The translations under genes and the position numbers were made by a program. DNA of 64,000 nucleotides from Bdellovibrionota bacterium (lineage in GTDB: Bacteria; Bdellovibrionota; UBA2428), in the NCBI GenBank assembly GCA_035539375.1, contig DATLIP010000086.1, positions 16,848 through 80,847 of the forward strand. Reading direction: 5' to 3'. Positions 36,652 to 45,361 of this stretch are shown one piece after another. Below the pieces are notes generated by a model. That model did not search any database and was not told the origin of the DNA. It was given only the letters and a program-made list of their open reading frames with translations. Position 1 is the first letter of the stretch. Each line of letters begins with the position of its first letter.

Positions 36652-38805
36652 ATGCCGGTGCGTTTCCTCAAGGGGATCGGCGACAAACTCTCCGAAAAAT
36701 TCTTAAAGGCTGACATCACTTCGCTGTGGGATCTTTTGCTGCTCATGCCGCGCAAGTACCTCGATCACCGCAAGCCGATGAGTTTTGGCGAGCTCGACAT
36801 GGCCGCGCGTATGGAGACGGTGGTCTTCGCTCGCGGGCGCGTGGAGTCTTACCACGAACGGCGCGGTGGTCCGCGCGGACGTTCGCTCTGCGAAGCCTTG
36901 GTGCGTATCGAACAGGGCGTCTCTGCGCTCCCGGCCTATGTGTACTTCGTGTGGTTCCATGCGCAGCAAAAAAACTTCGTCGAGCAGAAATTCCCACCCG
37001 GATCGGAGCTCACCTTCTCGGGCAAGGCGCAGGCCTTTCGCGGTCGCATTCAAATCTCGCACCCCGACATCTACGATCAAAAGCGTTCCGAAGACGAGCC
37101 TTGGCACCACGGCGCCTACGTGCCCATTTATACCGAAATTTCGGGCATCTCTTCGCGCGTGCTGCGCAAGATCCTCTACCAAGCGCTCCATCGCCCCGAG
37201 ATGGAAACGCTTCGGCAAACCTTACCGCCGGAGATCGAGGAGCGGTTTGAACTTCCGACACTGCTCGCATCCCTGCGCGAGTTGCATTTTCCCGAGCATG
37301 TGGAGCCGCACCCTGAGCATGGTCTATGGGGATCAACTTATTTCAAGCGCCTGGTCTTCGAAGAACTTTTTTACATGTCGCTCTCGCTGCTGCATCAGCG
37401 CGTGATGTGGGCCATGGACAAGAGTCTTGAGTCGCAGGTGCCGGTGCTCACGAGTGCAGATGCGGTGATGAAAGAGTCCGCAAAAAAACTCCCCTTCGCA
37501 CTCACCGGTGATCAGGCCAAGGTGCTCGAGCAAATCGCCGCGGACCTCGCGTGCAAAAAAGAAATCCTTCCGATGCACCGGCTCGTACAGGGCGACGTGG
37601 GCAGCGGCAAAACGGTGGTGGCGTTTTTATCGATGATCGCCGCTACGGAAGCCGGCTACCAGAGCGCTCTTATGGCGCCCACCGAGATCCTCGCCGATCA
37701 GCACTACCAGAATTTTGTGCGCATGTTCCCCGAGCGCGCCCAGCGCGTGATTCTGCTGAAGGGCTCACTCACCGCCAAGCAAAAAAAGCTCGCCCGCGAG
37801 GCTATCGCCGCTGGCGAGGTGGACGCCGTGATCGGCACGCAGGCGCTGATCGCTGAGGGAACCGTTTTTGCAAAGCTGGGCCTCGTTGTGGTCGACGAGC
37901 AGCACCGTTTTGGCGTTGCTCAGCGCATTGCCATGAAAAAGAAAAACGACACCGGCATCATTCCGCATTTGCTCGTGATGACAGCGACGCCGATTCCGCG
38001 CTCGCTTGCGCTAAGCCTCTACGGCGACCTCAGTCTCAGCGTGATCCGCGAAAAACCCCCAGGCCGTCAGCCCATCAAGACCCACTTGATATCGGACGTG
38101 CAAATCGATGGCCTCAAGCGCCGCATCCGGGATTTTGTGAACGAGGGCAAACAGATCTACCTCGTGTATCCGCTCGTCGAAGAGTCCGAAGAGCTCGACC
38201 TGCGCGACGTGCAGAGCGCCTTCGAAGAATGGACGCGCGAATTCGACGGCGTGAGCATCGGGCTTCTGCACGGCAAGATGAAAGCCAAAGACAAAGAAGC
38301 CGCCATGGCGAGCTTCAAAGCCGGTGAGACGCGCGTCCTGATGGCCACCACGGTGATCGAGGTCGGCGTCGATGTGCCCAACGCCTCGGTGATGGTAATC
38401 TTCCACGCCGAACGTTTTGGTTTGTCGCAGCTGCACCAGCTGCGCGGCCGGGTGGGGCGCGGCGCCGAGGCGAGCCTCTGCGTGCTGGTGGGCCCTAAGA
38501 ATCTCGGCGCGCAGTCCAAGGAGCGGCTCATGGCCATGGTGGAATCCGACGACGGGTTTTTTATCGCCGAAAAGGATCTCGAACTGCGCGGACCCGGGGA
38601 ATTTCTCGGCACCCGCCAGAGTGGGGTGCCGGCCTTTCGGGTGGCCCAAATCATCCGCGACCTCAGCCTTATGGAGCTGGCCCGCACGGCCGCCGAAGAG
38701 GTGTTGCGCGAGGACCCCTCCTTAGAAAAACCCGAGAGCGAGGTTCTACGTAAGGGCCTGAAAATATGGTGGGGTCAGCGCATGGAACTCACCCAAGCCG
38801 GCTGA
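36652..38805 (+). CDS. recG: ATP-dependent DNA helicase RecG
   Basis: Trimmed to MPVRFLKGIGDKLSEKF. Wedge domain, Walker A GDVGSGKT, VVDEQHRFG, and helicase C motifs QLRGRVGRG. The start is uncertain by a few codons. Confidence 0.9.
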   Translation: MPVRFLKGIGDKLSEKFLKADITSLWDLLLLMPRKYLDHRKPMSFGELDMAARMETVVFARGRVESYHERRGGPRGRSLCEALVRIEQGVSALPAYVYFVWFHAQQKNFVEQKFPPGSELTFSGKAQAFRGRIQISHPDIYDQKRSEDEPWHHGAYVPIYTEISGISSRVLRKILYQALHRPEMETLRQTLPPEIEERFELPTLLASLRELHFPEHVEPHPEHGLWGSTYFKRLVFEELFYMSLSLLHQRVMWAMDKSLESQVPVLTSADAVMKESAKKLPFALTGDQAKVLEQIAADLACKKEILPMHRLVQGDVGSGKTVVAFLSMIAATEAGYQSALMAPTEILADQHYQNFVRMFPERAQRVILLKGSLTAKQKKLAREAIAAGEVDAVIGTQALIAEGTVFAKLGLVVVDEQHRFGVAQRIAMKKKNDTGIIPHLLVMTATPIPRSLALSLYGDLSLSVIREKPPGRQPIKTHLISDVQIDGLKRRIRDFVNEGKQIYLVYPLVEESEELDLRDVQSAFEEWTREFDGVSIGLLHGKMKAKDKEAAMASFKAGETRVLMATTVIEVGVDVPNASVMVIFHAERFGLSQLHQLRGRVGRGAEASLCVLVGPKNLGAQSKERLMAMVESDDGFFIAEKDLELRGPGEFLGTRQSGVPAFRVAQIIRDLSLMELARTAAEEVLREDPSLEKPESEVLRKGLKIWWGQRMELTQAG

Positions 38806-38846
38806 CGTTGACACTTTGCGTTATTCTGGCTAGAGCCTTGGCCCAA

Positions 38847-40538
38847 ATGCTCCGTCGTTTCGCCGTCTTTGCGCTCGTCTTCGCTGCGTCTGCGGCCGGC
38901 GCGACGACGCCCGAAAAGAAGCCCAGTGTTCCAGGCAAATGTGATGGGCTTTTCGATAAGCTCGAGGAGCGTCAGCGCGAAGCGCTGAAGCATTTGGTTG
39001 GAGATGTCGAAGGCATGATCGAGCGCGGCGAGATGACACGTGCTGAGATTGAAGAAGCGGTGTTGCGCTGGTCGAAGATGTCGGATCAGGCCTCGGTGAT
39101 TGGCCACGATCCCGAGGGCTTTACGGCCAAAATCGAAAGCCTTGACGACATCAGATATTACCAAATGCAGATCATGGACGGCATTTGGGTGGTGCTGCGC
39201 GAGAAGATCTTTGATCCCTCACGCACAAAAATTTTCTACCATTCTATGGTGGAATCAAAGATTTTCCCAAAACCACTTCGTTTGCTGATCAATGACCTTT
39301 CTCTGGCTTTCCAGAATCCCAGTGGCCGAGTGTCCACGCGTGGGGCGGCGTCCATTCACCACATGCAGGCTGCGGTGACCACCCATGCCATGCTGACGCC
39401 CGAAAAACTCTGGCAGAGTTTTCAGCAATTGCACGACATCGGCGATGTTCAAACGCAGCGTGAGTGGATTGCGGTGGCCCTCTTAGAAGAGGCGGCGACG
39501 TGGCCACAGCGTCGTGCGATGTCCTTTCAATCGACATTGTTAAATTTGCACATGCATGACCTTGCTGTCTTCGACGAGAAACCGCGTCGGGCCAAAGTCA
39601 ATTTTGCCACTCCCTACCAAATTTTCGAGAACATTGTGCTCACCAAAATCTGGCTCGACCACCATATCAGCTACCTCAAAGTTGAGGAGTCATCGGAAGG
39701 TACTGAGGCTCGATTCACCTACGACGCCGATAAGGACATAGAAAAACAAGTTCACGCTCGCCTCTTGGAAGACGTGATCACGGCGCAGCTGAATCTTTTT
39801 GAGATCTGGAAAAATCGCAGCAATCTCGAGCTTCAGAAACAACTCGAAGTCATGATGGTCGACGCCAGGCATTTGGCCGAGGCCCTTTACGTCGAGCGCC
39901 ATCCGGATCGCGACACCCTCACGGCTCCTGAGCTACAAGCGGTTTACGACATCGAGCAGAAAATTCGTCCAGTCGTGGAAGTGGAGCCCGAGCCCGTGCG
40001 CGAAGAGCTTACCGAGCCCGAAGAGATCGCGGCGATGAGCCTGGCGGAAACTTTCGAAACCACATTGGTTCGCGAGCGCGAGCCGGAAAGCGCCACCGCT
40101 CTGCCGACGCTTCCGGTGAGCTTCGCACCGTTGCACCTCGGTCCGGACGGAAGCTTGTCCATGGCCCAACTCGACGCCGGTTCTGGTGCGTGGGTGCTCG
40201 CAGCCATCGATGGGCACCAGGCGGCCGCCACTCAGCGCTGGACGGTACGCCTTACTCGTGATGCGCAAAAGGAATGGAAGTTGGTGGCGAGATATGCGGA
40301 CAACCGGTCGCAGCAATTTTTTGAGCGAATGAACCGGGCTTTCGCCACTATCCTTTCTAGCGGATACTATGCATCGATCGGGCAACCCGGCTTTCCGTAC
40401 GTGAAAAACATTCGCGGCGGAGAGGATGTTTTTGAATTTTTGCTCGGCAATTCACGTCGGGTGATCTACCACGTAGACGCTGAACGCCGAGAGCTACTCG
40501 TGACGAGCTTCAGCGCTCACCACAAAGTGAGTTATTAA
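38847..40538 (+). CDS. Signal-peptide protein (563 aa) with C-terminal RelE/ParE-like domain; N-terminal ~460 aa unknown
   Basis: Trimmed to MLRRFAVFALVFAASAAGA. The C-terminus RDAQKEWKLVA...VKNIRGGEDVFEFLLGNSRRVIYHVDAERRELLVTSFSAHHKVSY parallels E. coli RelE (ERALKEWRKLG...LRGMPDCYKIKLRSSGYRLVYQVIDEKVVVFVISVGKRERSEVY). Confidence 0.55.
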   Translation: MLRRFAVFALVFAASAAGATTPEKKPSVPGKCDGLFDKLEERQREALKHLVGDVEGMIERGEMTRAEIEEAVLRWSKMSDQASVIGHDPEGFTAKIESLDDIRYYQMQIMDGIWVVLREKIFDPSRTKIFYHSMVESKIFPKPLRLLINDLSLAFQNPSGRVSTRGAASIHHMQAAVTTHAMLTPEKLWQSFQQLHDIGDVQTQREWIAVALLEEAATWPQRRAMSFQSTLLNLHMHDLAVFDEKPRRAKVNFATPYQIFENIVLTKIWLDHHISYLKVEESSEGTEARFTYDADKDIEKQVHARLLEDVITAQLNLFEIWKNRSNLELQKQLEVMMVDARHLAEALYVERHPDRDTLTAPELQAVYDIEQKIRPVVEVEPEPVREELTEPEEIAAMSLAETFETTLVREREPESATALPTLPVSFAPLHLGPDGSLSMAQLDAGSGAWVLAAIDGHQAAATQRWTVRLTRDAQKEWKLVARYADNRSQQFFERMNRAFATILSSGYYASIGQPGFPYVKNIRGGEDVFEFLLGNSRRVIYHVDAERRELLVTSFSAHHKVSY

Positions 40539-40553
40539 TAAAAGGAGAGAACA

Positions 40554-40796
40554 ATGAAGATCAAAAATGTTATGGCAATGATTCCTTTGGTGGTTTCAAC
40601 TTTCGCGCTGGTCGCGAAGTCCGAACAAAAATTCAAAACGGCTGCAGATCCCTGCCCCAAGGGCACGCACGAAGTGATCGTCACCGAAGAGTATAAATAT
40701 CAGGTTTCCAAAGACACGAAAGAAATCACGACGGTCAAAGACACTTCAAAAGGTTGTCGCGACAACAAAGATTCACAGATCGAGGAACGCCACTAG
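40554..40796 (+). CDS. Small secreted two-Cys protein
   Basis: SD aaaaggagag sits upstream. Signal peptide MKIKNVMAMIPLVVSTFALVA. 80 aa. Confidence 0.55.
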   Translation: MKIKNVMAMIPLVVSTFALVAKSEQKFKTAADPCPKGTHEVIVTEEYKYQVSKDTKEITTVKDTSKGCRDNKDSQIEERH

Positions 40797-40811
40797 GCGA
40801 GAGAAGGAGAC

Positions 40812-41009
40812 TCAGCTGTCTTTAGGCGGCGTGACGTCTTTTTCTTTTTCGGCGAGTTTCTTTTTGGCTTCTTCGTCCTTGCCTTCGAGGCCTTCGCGGA
40901 ATCCGCGAATGGCTTTGCCGAGCGAAGGTCCGATGCCCGCGAGTCGCGAGGGACCAAAAAGAAGAAGCAAGATGATGGTGATGAGAACCAGTTCGCCGAA
41001 GCCAAGCAT
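40812..41009 (-). CDS. tatA: Twin-arginine translocase subunit TatA/E
   Basis: MLGFGELVLITIILLLLFGPSRLAGIGPSLGKAIRGFREG followed by a charged tail. Confidence 0.9.
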   Translation of the reverse strand: MLGFGELVLITIILLLLFGPSRLAGIGPSLGKAIRGFREGLEGKDEEAKKKLAEKEKDVTPPKDS

Positions 41010-41062
41010 AGATCTATGTTAATCGACTCAGGGGTCGGCCTCAAGCCGCCGTCAGAAAACCC

Positions 41063-41554
41063 TCAAGACTCGCTCAGGGCCATGAGCGCTTTCAGCTCGC
41101 TCGCCACGGTTTCGGCGTAGGAGTTCCAGTCGACAAATCGAAGCGTTTTCTTAATGATTCCCTTGGGATCAACGAGAAACGTCACACGGTTGGCAAAACC
41201 CAGTGGCAAGAGCACCTTGTAGCTCTTGGCGACGGCCTTGCCTTTGTCTGAGAGGATCGGAAAGGGCAAACTCTGTTCGGCCGAGAACTGCTGGTGCGAG
41301 GCTTCGGAATCCGTAGAGATGCCGACAAGACCCACGTCGAGCGCACGCAAATCCGCCCACGAATCGCGAAAGGAGCACGCCTGCGCCGTGCAGCCTGGAG
41401 TGTTGTCTTTGGGATAAAAATAAATCACGAGCCATTTGCCGTGAAAGTCTTCAAGTTGATGAGAGTTTCCTGCTTGATCTTTGAGCTCAAAGGTCGGGGC
41501 ATAAACGCCCGGCTTGAGCCCTTGCCCGAGCCACTCGGTTACCGTTTCGAACAT
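41063..41554 (-). CDS. bcp: Thiol peroxidase Bcp (peroxiredoxin)
   Basis: FYPKDNTPGCTAQAC contains the peroxidatic Cys motif. Confidence 0.9.
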   Translation of the reverse strand: MFETVTEWLGQGLKPGVYAPTFELKDQAGNSHQLEDFHGKWLVIYFYPKDNTPGCTAQACSFRDSWADLRALDVGLVGISTDSEASHQQFSAEQSLPFPILSDKGKAVAKSYKVLLPLGFANRVTFLVDPKGIIKKTLRFVDWNSYAETVASELKALMALSES

Positions 41555-41644
41555 ACTGAGAAAATCATATTAAAAAATTCACCCAGGTCAACGACAACGA
41601 GGCTTCTCGTAGACGCTCTTTGAGAGGGACGTTATGATTTCGAC

Positions 41645-42928
41645 GTGGAACAAAAAAGTGGTGCCAAAAAGGTTCTAATCGTCGGCGGTGGCTTTGCCGG
41701 TCTTAACGCCGCGAAAGCGCTCGGCAAACGCGAAGATCTCGTGGTGACCATCATTGATCAGCGCAATCACCATTTGTTTCAACCACTGCTCTACCAAGTG
41801 GCTTCCGCAGGGCTCAGTCCGGCGGACATCGCCTCGCCCATCCGCTCCATCTTTTCGCGTAAGGATCACGTGAATGTGGTACTCGATCGCGTGCAGGGCG
41901 TACGCCTCGCCGAGCGCGCCGTTGAGCTGGCCGATGGCAAAACGCTTTCTTACGATTATCTCGTGCTCGCTTGTGGCGCCACTCACTCTTACTTTGGCCA
42001 CGAAGAGTGGGAAGAGCATGCGCCCGGACTCAAAACCCTCGAACAGGCGACCGAGATTCGTCGACGTATCTTGTTGGCGTTTGAAGAGGCCGAAAAAGAG
42101 TCGCTCCCAACTCGTAAAAAGATGCTCCAGACCTTCGTGGTGGTGGGCGGTGGTCCCACTGGCGTGGAGCTGGCCGGCGCCATTGGCGAGATGAGCCGCT
42201 ACACGCTGAAGCGGGATTTTCGTTCGATTGATCCTTCGCGCACGCGCATCTTCCTTATTGAGGCGGGCCCGCGAATTCTCCCTTCGTTCTCGGCGCGGCT
42301 CTCGCGTCGCGCCACACAGGATCTCGAGCGCTTGGGCGTGAGCGTGTGGACCGACTCGCCAGTGACTCGTATCGAAGCGCGCGGCGTGCAGGTGGGCGAA
42401 GACTTTTTAGAAGCGGGTTGCGTGCTTTGGGCTGCGGGCGTGAAACCCTCACCGCTCAACGCCACGCTCGGCGTGCCCCTCGACAGGCAGGGGCGCGTGA
42501 TGGTGCGCGAGGATCTCTCGCTCGCGTCTCACCCTGAAGTCTTTGTGTTGGGCGACCAGGCACACTCCCTCGATGCCAAATCGCAAAAGCCGTTGCCGGG
42601 TCTTGCGCCTGTTGCGATTCAGCAGGGACGACACGTTGCGCGAGTCATCGTAGCTGACTTGCACGGCAAAGCTCGCCGCTCCTTCAAATATATAGACAAG
42701 GGCCAGATGGCGACGATAGGTCGCAAAAAGGCTGTGGCCGAAAGCGCGGGCTTGGAATTTACCGGATTCACCGCCTGGATGATGTGGCTCTTCGTGCACG
42801 TCTATTATCTCATCGGCTTTAAGAACCGTCTTTTTGTGATGCTGCAGTGGATGTGGTCCTATCTCACCTTCAGTCGCGGCGCGCGGCTGATCGTTTCTAA
42901 GGATTGGCGCACCTTCAAAAACCCGTAA
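41645..42928 (+). CDS. ndh: Type II NADH:quinone oxidoreductase (NDH-2)
   Basis: Dinucleotide-binding motifs KVLIVGGGFAGL and VVGGGPTGVELAG, plus a C-terminal membrane-anchor helix. GTG start. Confidence 0.85.
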   Translation: MEQKSGAKKVLIVGGGFAGLNAAKALGKREDLVVTIIDQRNHHLFQPLLYQVASAGLSPADIASPIRSIFSRKDHVNVVLDRVQGVRLAERAVELADGKTLSYDYLVLACGATHSYFGHEEWEEHAPGLKTLEQATEIRRRILLAFEEAEKESLPTRKKMLQTFVVVGGGPTGVELAGAIGEMSRYTLKRDFRSIDPSRTRIFLIEAGPRILPSFSARLSRRATQDLERLGVSVWTDSPVTRIEARGVQVGEDFLEAGCVLWAAGVKPSPLNATLGVPLDRQGRVMVREDLSLASHPEVFVLGDQAHSLDAKSQKPLPGLAPVAIQQGRHVARVIVADLHGKARRSFKYIDKGQMATIGRKKAVAESAGLEFTGFTAWMMWLFVHVYYLIGFKNRLFVMLQWMWSYLTFSRGARLIVSKDWRTFKNP

Positions 42929-43076
42929 TGGGCCCATTATTGCGCCTACGGTGCCCAGATCCTGGACACTCTAAGTGCATGATCTGACAAATGGGGACGC
43001 CTGTATGCGCGTTCCTGCAACTTGGCCCGCGCTTTGCTTTACCTAAGAAAATTCTTTGGAGAGTGAGGACTAGTCT

Positions 43077-43727
43077 ATGAAAATTCAAAACGCCATTTCC
43101 GTATTGATGTCCCTTGTCGGCGCCACTTCGGCCCTGGCTTACCAAGTGCCCAGCGTGGACGTCGAAATCACCGTGACTCTTAACGCCGCCCAGAAAAAAG
43201 AACACAACAAAGAAACGACAAAAGAAACCCGCTTGGCGACCAGCATCTGGCAAGACGAATCGAGCGGCCGTACCTTCGTGGCCCTCAAAGAGCTCGAGTC
43301 TAAAACCAGCCAGCGCTTGGCGCTTTCAGCGGGCTTCGGTGAAGGCCGCGCCCTTACGAGCCTCATGATTCGCGGTGAGATCAAAGCCATCCAGGCGACC
43401 CGCGAGGGCGGCTCTAGCGATGAGCTGAAGATCATCTCCGTCACCAATGCCCAGGGCAAGATGTGCAAGGTGGATGCAAAAGCCCAAACCTCGCTTTTTG
43501 AGTGCCTCCTACGTGAGGACTTTAAAAACGTGCTCAACTCCAATGCCCCTCTCAAAAATTCGATGAAGATCTTCCGCAGCTCGGGCGCAAGCACCGTAGA
43601 GGATTTCCTCTTCGTGGTGGACATGCAGAGGAACTTCTTCGCAGAGATCGCCATTGTGGCCCGCCGCGAAGCCCGCGAGAGCAAAGAAAGCATGATGGCC
43701 ACCGACGTCCCCCATACTTTGAAATAG
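43077..43727 (+). CDS. Secreted hypothetical protein
   Basis: Signal peptide MKIQNAISVLMSLVGATSALA. No motif recognised. Confidence 0.55.
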   Translation: MKIQNAISVLMSLVGATSALAYQVPSVDVEITVTLNAAQKKEHNKETTKETRLATSIWQDESSGRTFVALKELESKTSQRLALSAGFGEGRALTSLMIRGEIKAIQATREGGSSDELKIISVTNAQGKMCKVDAKAQTSLFECLLREDFKNVLNSNAPLKNSMKIFRSSGASTVEDFLFVVDMQRNFFAEIAIVARREARESKESMMATDVPHTLK

Positions 43728-43736
43728 TTAGCTCGG

Positions 43737-43795
43737 GTGCCAGGTATAGGTTCCTGGAACCTATACCTGGCACTAGCTGTCTAATTCGTAGACAG
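43737..43795. repeat. 37-bp perfect palindrome followed by a second small hairpin
   Basis: gtgccaggtataggttcc t ggaacctatacctggcac (43737-43773), then ctgtcta attcg tagacag (43777-43795). It begins 10 nt after the stop at 43727. Confidence 0.9.
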
Positions 43796-43947
43796 GCGCC
43801 GTGATCTTTACCAAAGTTTTGCCTGATTTAGCCTTTTGTTAAGATTGGGTTAAGCCAAAAACCCCATGGGATCATGGGCTTAGCCATAAGGTCAAAAATC
43901 CGTCATCTCGGCACGCCCTTTGCTCCTACTCCGTTAAGGGGTGGAGT

Positions 43948-44760
43948 ATGCAAACCATACGTTTTAACAATTCGGTCTTCGCAGCCATGGCGTCACTGAC
44001 GCTCGTGATGTCCTGCGGAATCAAGCAAGTTGAAGGTACGGGTTCGTCCACCAACGCTGGCCGCTATAACAACGACATATATGATGACAGCGGCTCTTCT
44101 TCGGATTGGCAGCGTCTGTGCTCCAAGCCCGTGCTCTTCACTTCGGTGGGCGCGCTGGAAAGTGGACTTGAGAAGTACTTCTTTACGACCAAATACGGTG
44201 TGCCCGCGTATCCCGGCGAAGTTCGCGACTTGGAACTGCCCGTAAACTGGTGCTTTAAAATCGCCAGCGGCGGTTCGCGAGCAGCCTTCCGTATCGAATA
44301 CGAAGACCACTTCGGTGGTGGTTGGTACGAGATGTCGGCCTCCAAGAGCTCGAATCCTTCGAGCGCTTCTAAGGCTCCGATTCTCTTCCATTCGGAGATC
44401 AACACGAGCACCAACGTGCTCGACGTGATCTTCCTCGATTCGCAAGGTTTTACGCAAATCACCGGTCCTAAAGTTGGTGATTATTACGAAGCGACGATTC
44501 GTTTCGCGAACTTGCCTACCGAGTCGGATTACACCAACGCGCAAATCGCGAGCATCAAACAGAAGTGTCAGAGCGGCGAATGGACCGTGGCCAAGTGCCT
44601 TGGTTACAACATGCCCTCCACGTTCTGGTGGGAAGACCAAAACCAAAATCCGTCGAACAACACGCTCGAAATGGCGCGTGAGATGCTCGACGGCGGTGGC
44701 GGCGCCGAAGCCGGCACGATCGGTACCATGAAGTTCCGACTGAGCGATGTGCTCTGGTAG
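43948..44760 (+). CDS. Hypothetical lipoprotein
   Basis: AAMASLTLVMSCG is a lipobox. 270 aa, family unknown. Confidence 0.6.
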   Translation: MQTIRFNNSVFAAMASLTLVMSCGIKQVEGTGSSTNAGRYNNDIYDDSGSSSDWQRLCSKPVLFTSVGALESGLEKYFFTTKYGVPAYPGEVRDLELPVNWCFKIASGGSRAAFRIEYEDHFGGGWYEMSASKSSNPSSASKAPILFHSEINTSTNVLDVIFLDSQGFTQITGPKVGDYYEATIRFANLPTESDYTNAQIASIKQKCQSGEWTVAKCLGYNMPSTFWWEDQNQNPSNNTLEMAREMLDGGGGAEAGTIGTMKFRLSDVLW

Positions 44761-44796
44761 GAATTTGGAAAATTAGGGGAATAACTAGGGGGAATT

Positions 44797-45348
44797 ATGA
44801 AAAACTTAACCAAGAATCTACTGCTCGGACTGCTCGCGATCACCTTGAGCGCTTGCGGATCCAACGATAACGAATACGGCTACGGCCAGTATTATCCGGG
44901 AGCCTTCTCGGGCATGGCTTGCCAAGAGCTGGGCAACGCGCAAAAGCTCGGAGTGTACTTTGGTACCTTCGGCAACGGCGCTAAGTTCGGCATCGACATT
45001 TACCAGTCGACGGGCAACCAAATTGCCGCAGTAGGCGACATCTACATTCCGGATATCCAGCGCTTCTGGAACCCCGGCATGTACACGCCAGTAGGCCAGA
45101 CTCAGCAATTCGTAAGCTGTCTGACTTCTAACGGATACAACGGTACGCTGACCACGCAAGGCACAGGCGCTTATCGCACTATCGAAGTGGTGCTCCAAGG
45201 CTCGAACGTAGCGATCACACTGGGTGCCAACTTGCCCGGTACCTCGAACCGTTCGCAACTTGCCGGTAACAACATCATCGGCCCCGCGTATGTGCAGATG
45301 AACGGTGCCGCGGACATCTTTGTTTTGACTGAAGATTCGCCTTGGTAG
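44797..45348 (+). CDS. Hypothetical lipoprotein
   Basis: LLGLLAITLSACGS is a lipobox. 183 aa, Gly/Asn/Tyr-rich. Confidence 0.6.
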   Translation: MKNLTKNLLLGLLAITLSACGSNDNEYGYGQYYPGAFSGMACQELGNAQKLGVYFGTFGNGAKFGIDIYQSTGNQIAAVGDIYIPDIQRFWNPGMYTPVGQTQQFVSCLTSNGYNGTLTTQGTGAYRTIEVVLQGSNVAITLGANLPGTSNRSQLAGNNIIGPAYVQMNGAADIFVLTEDSPW

Positions 45349-45361
45349 TAACCAAGATCGA

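Noticed and set aside
42926-42939. TAATGGGCCCATTA, a 14-bp perfect palindrome on the ndh stop codon.
   Set aside because: It is short, has no loop and no T-run, and is unrelated in sequence to the CCAGGTA palindrome family. It was recorded only.
43953-43960. ACCATACG, identical to the left half of the lexA-region palindrome 2, at the start of the 43948 lipoprotein gene.
   Set aside because: It is only a half-site with no inverted partner at N4 spacing, so it is most likely coincidence.
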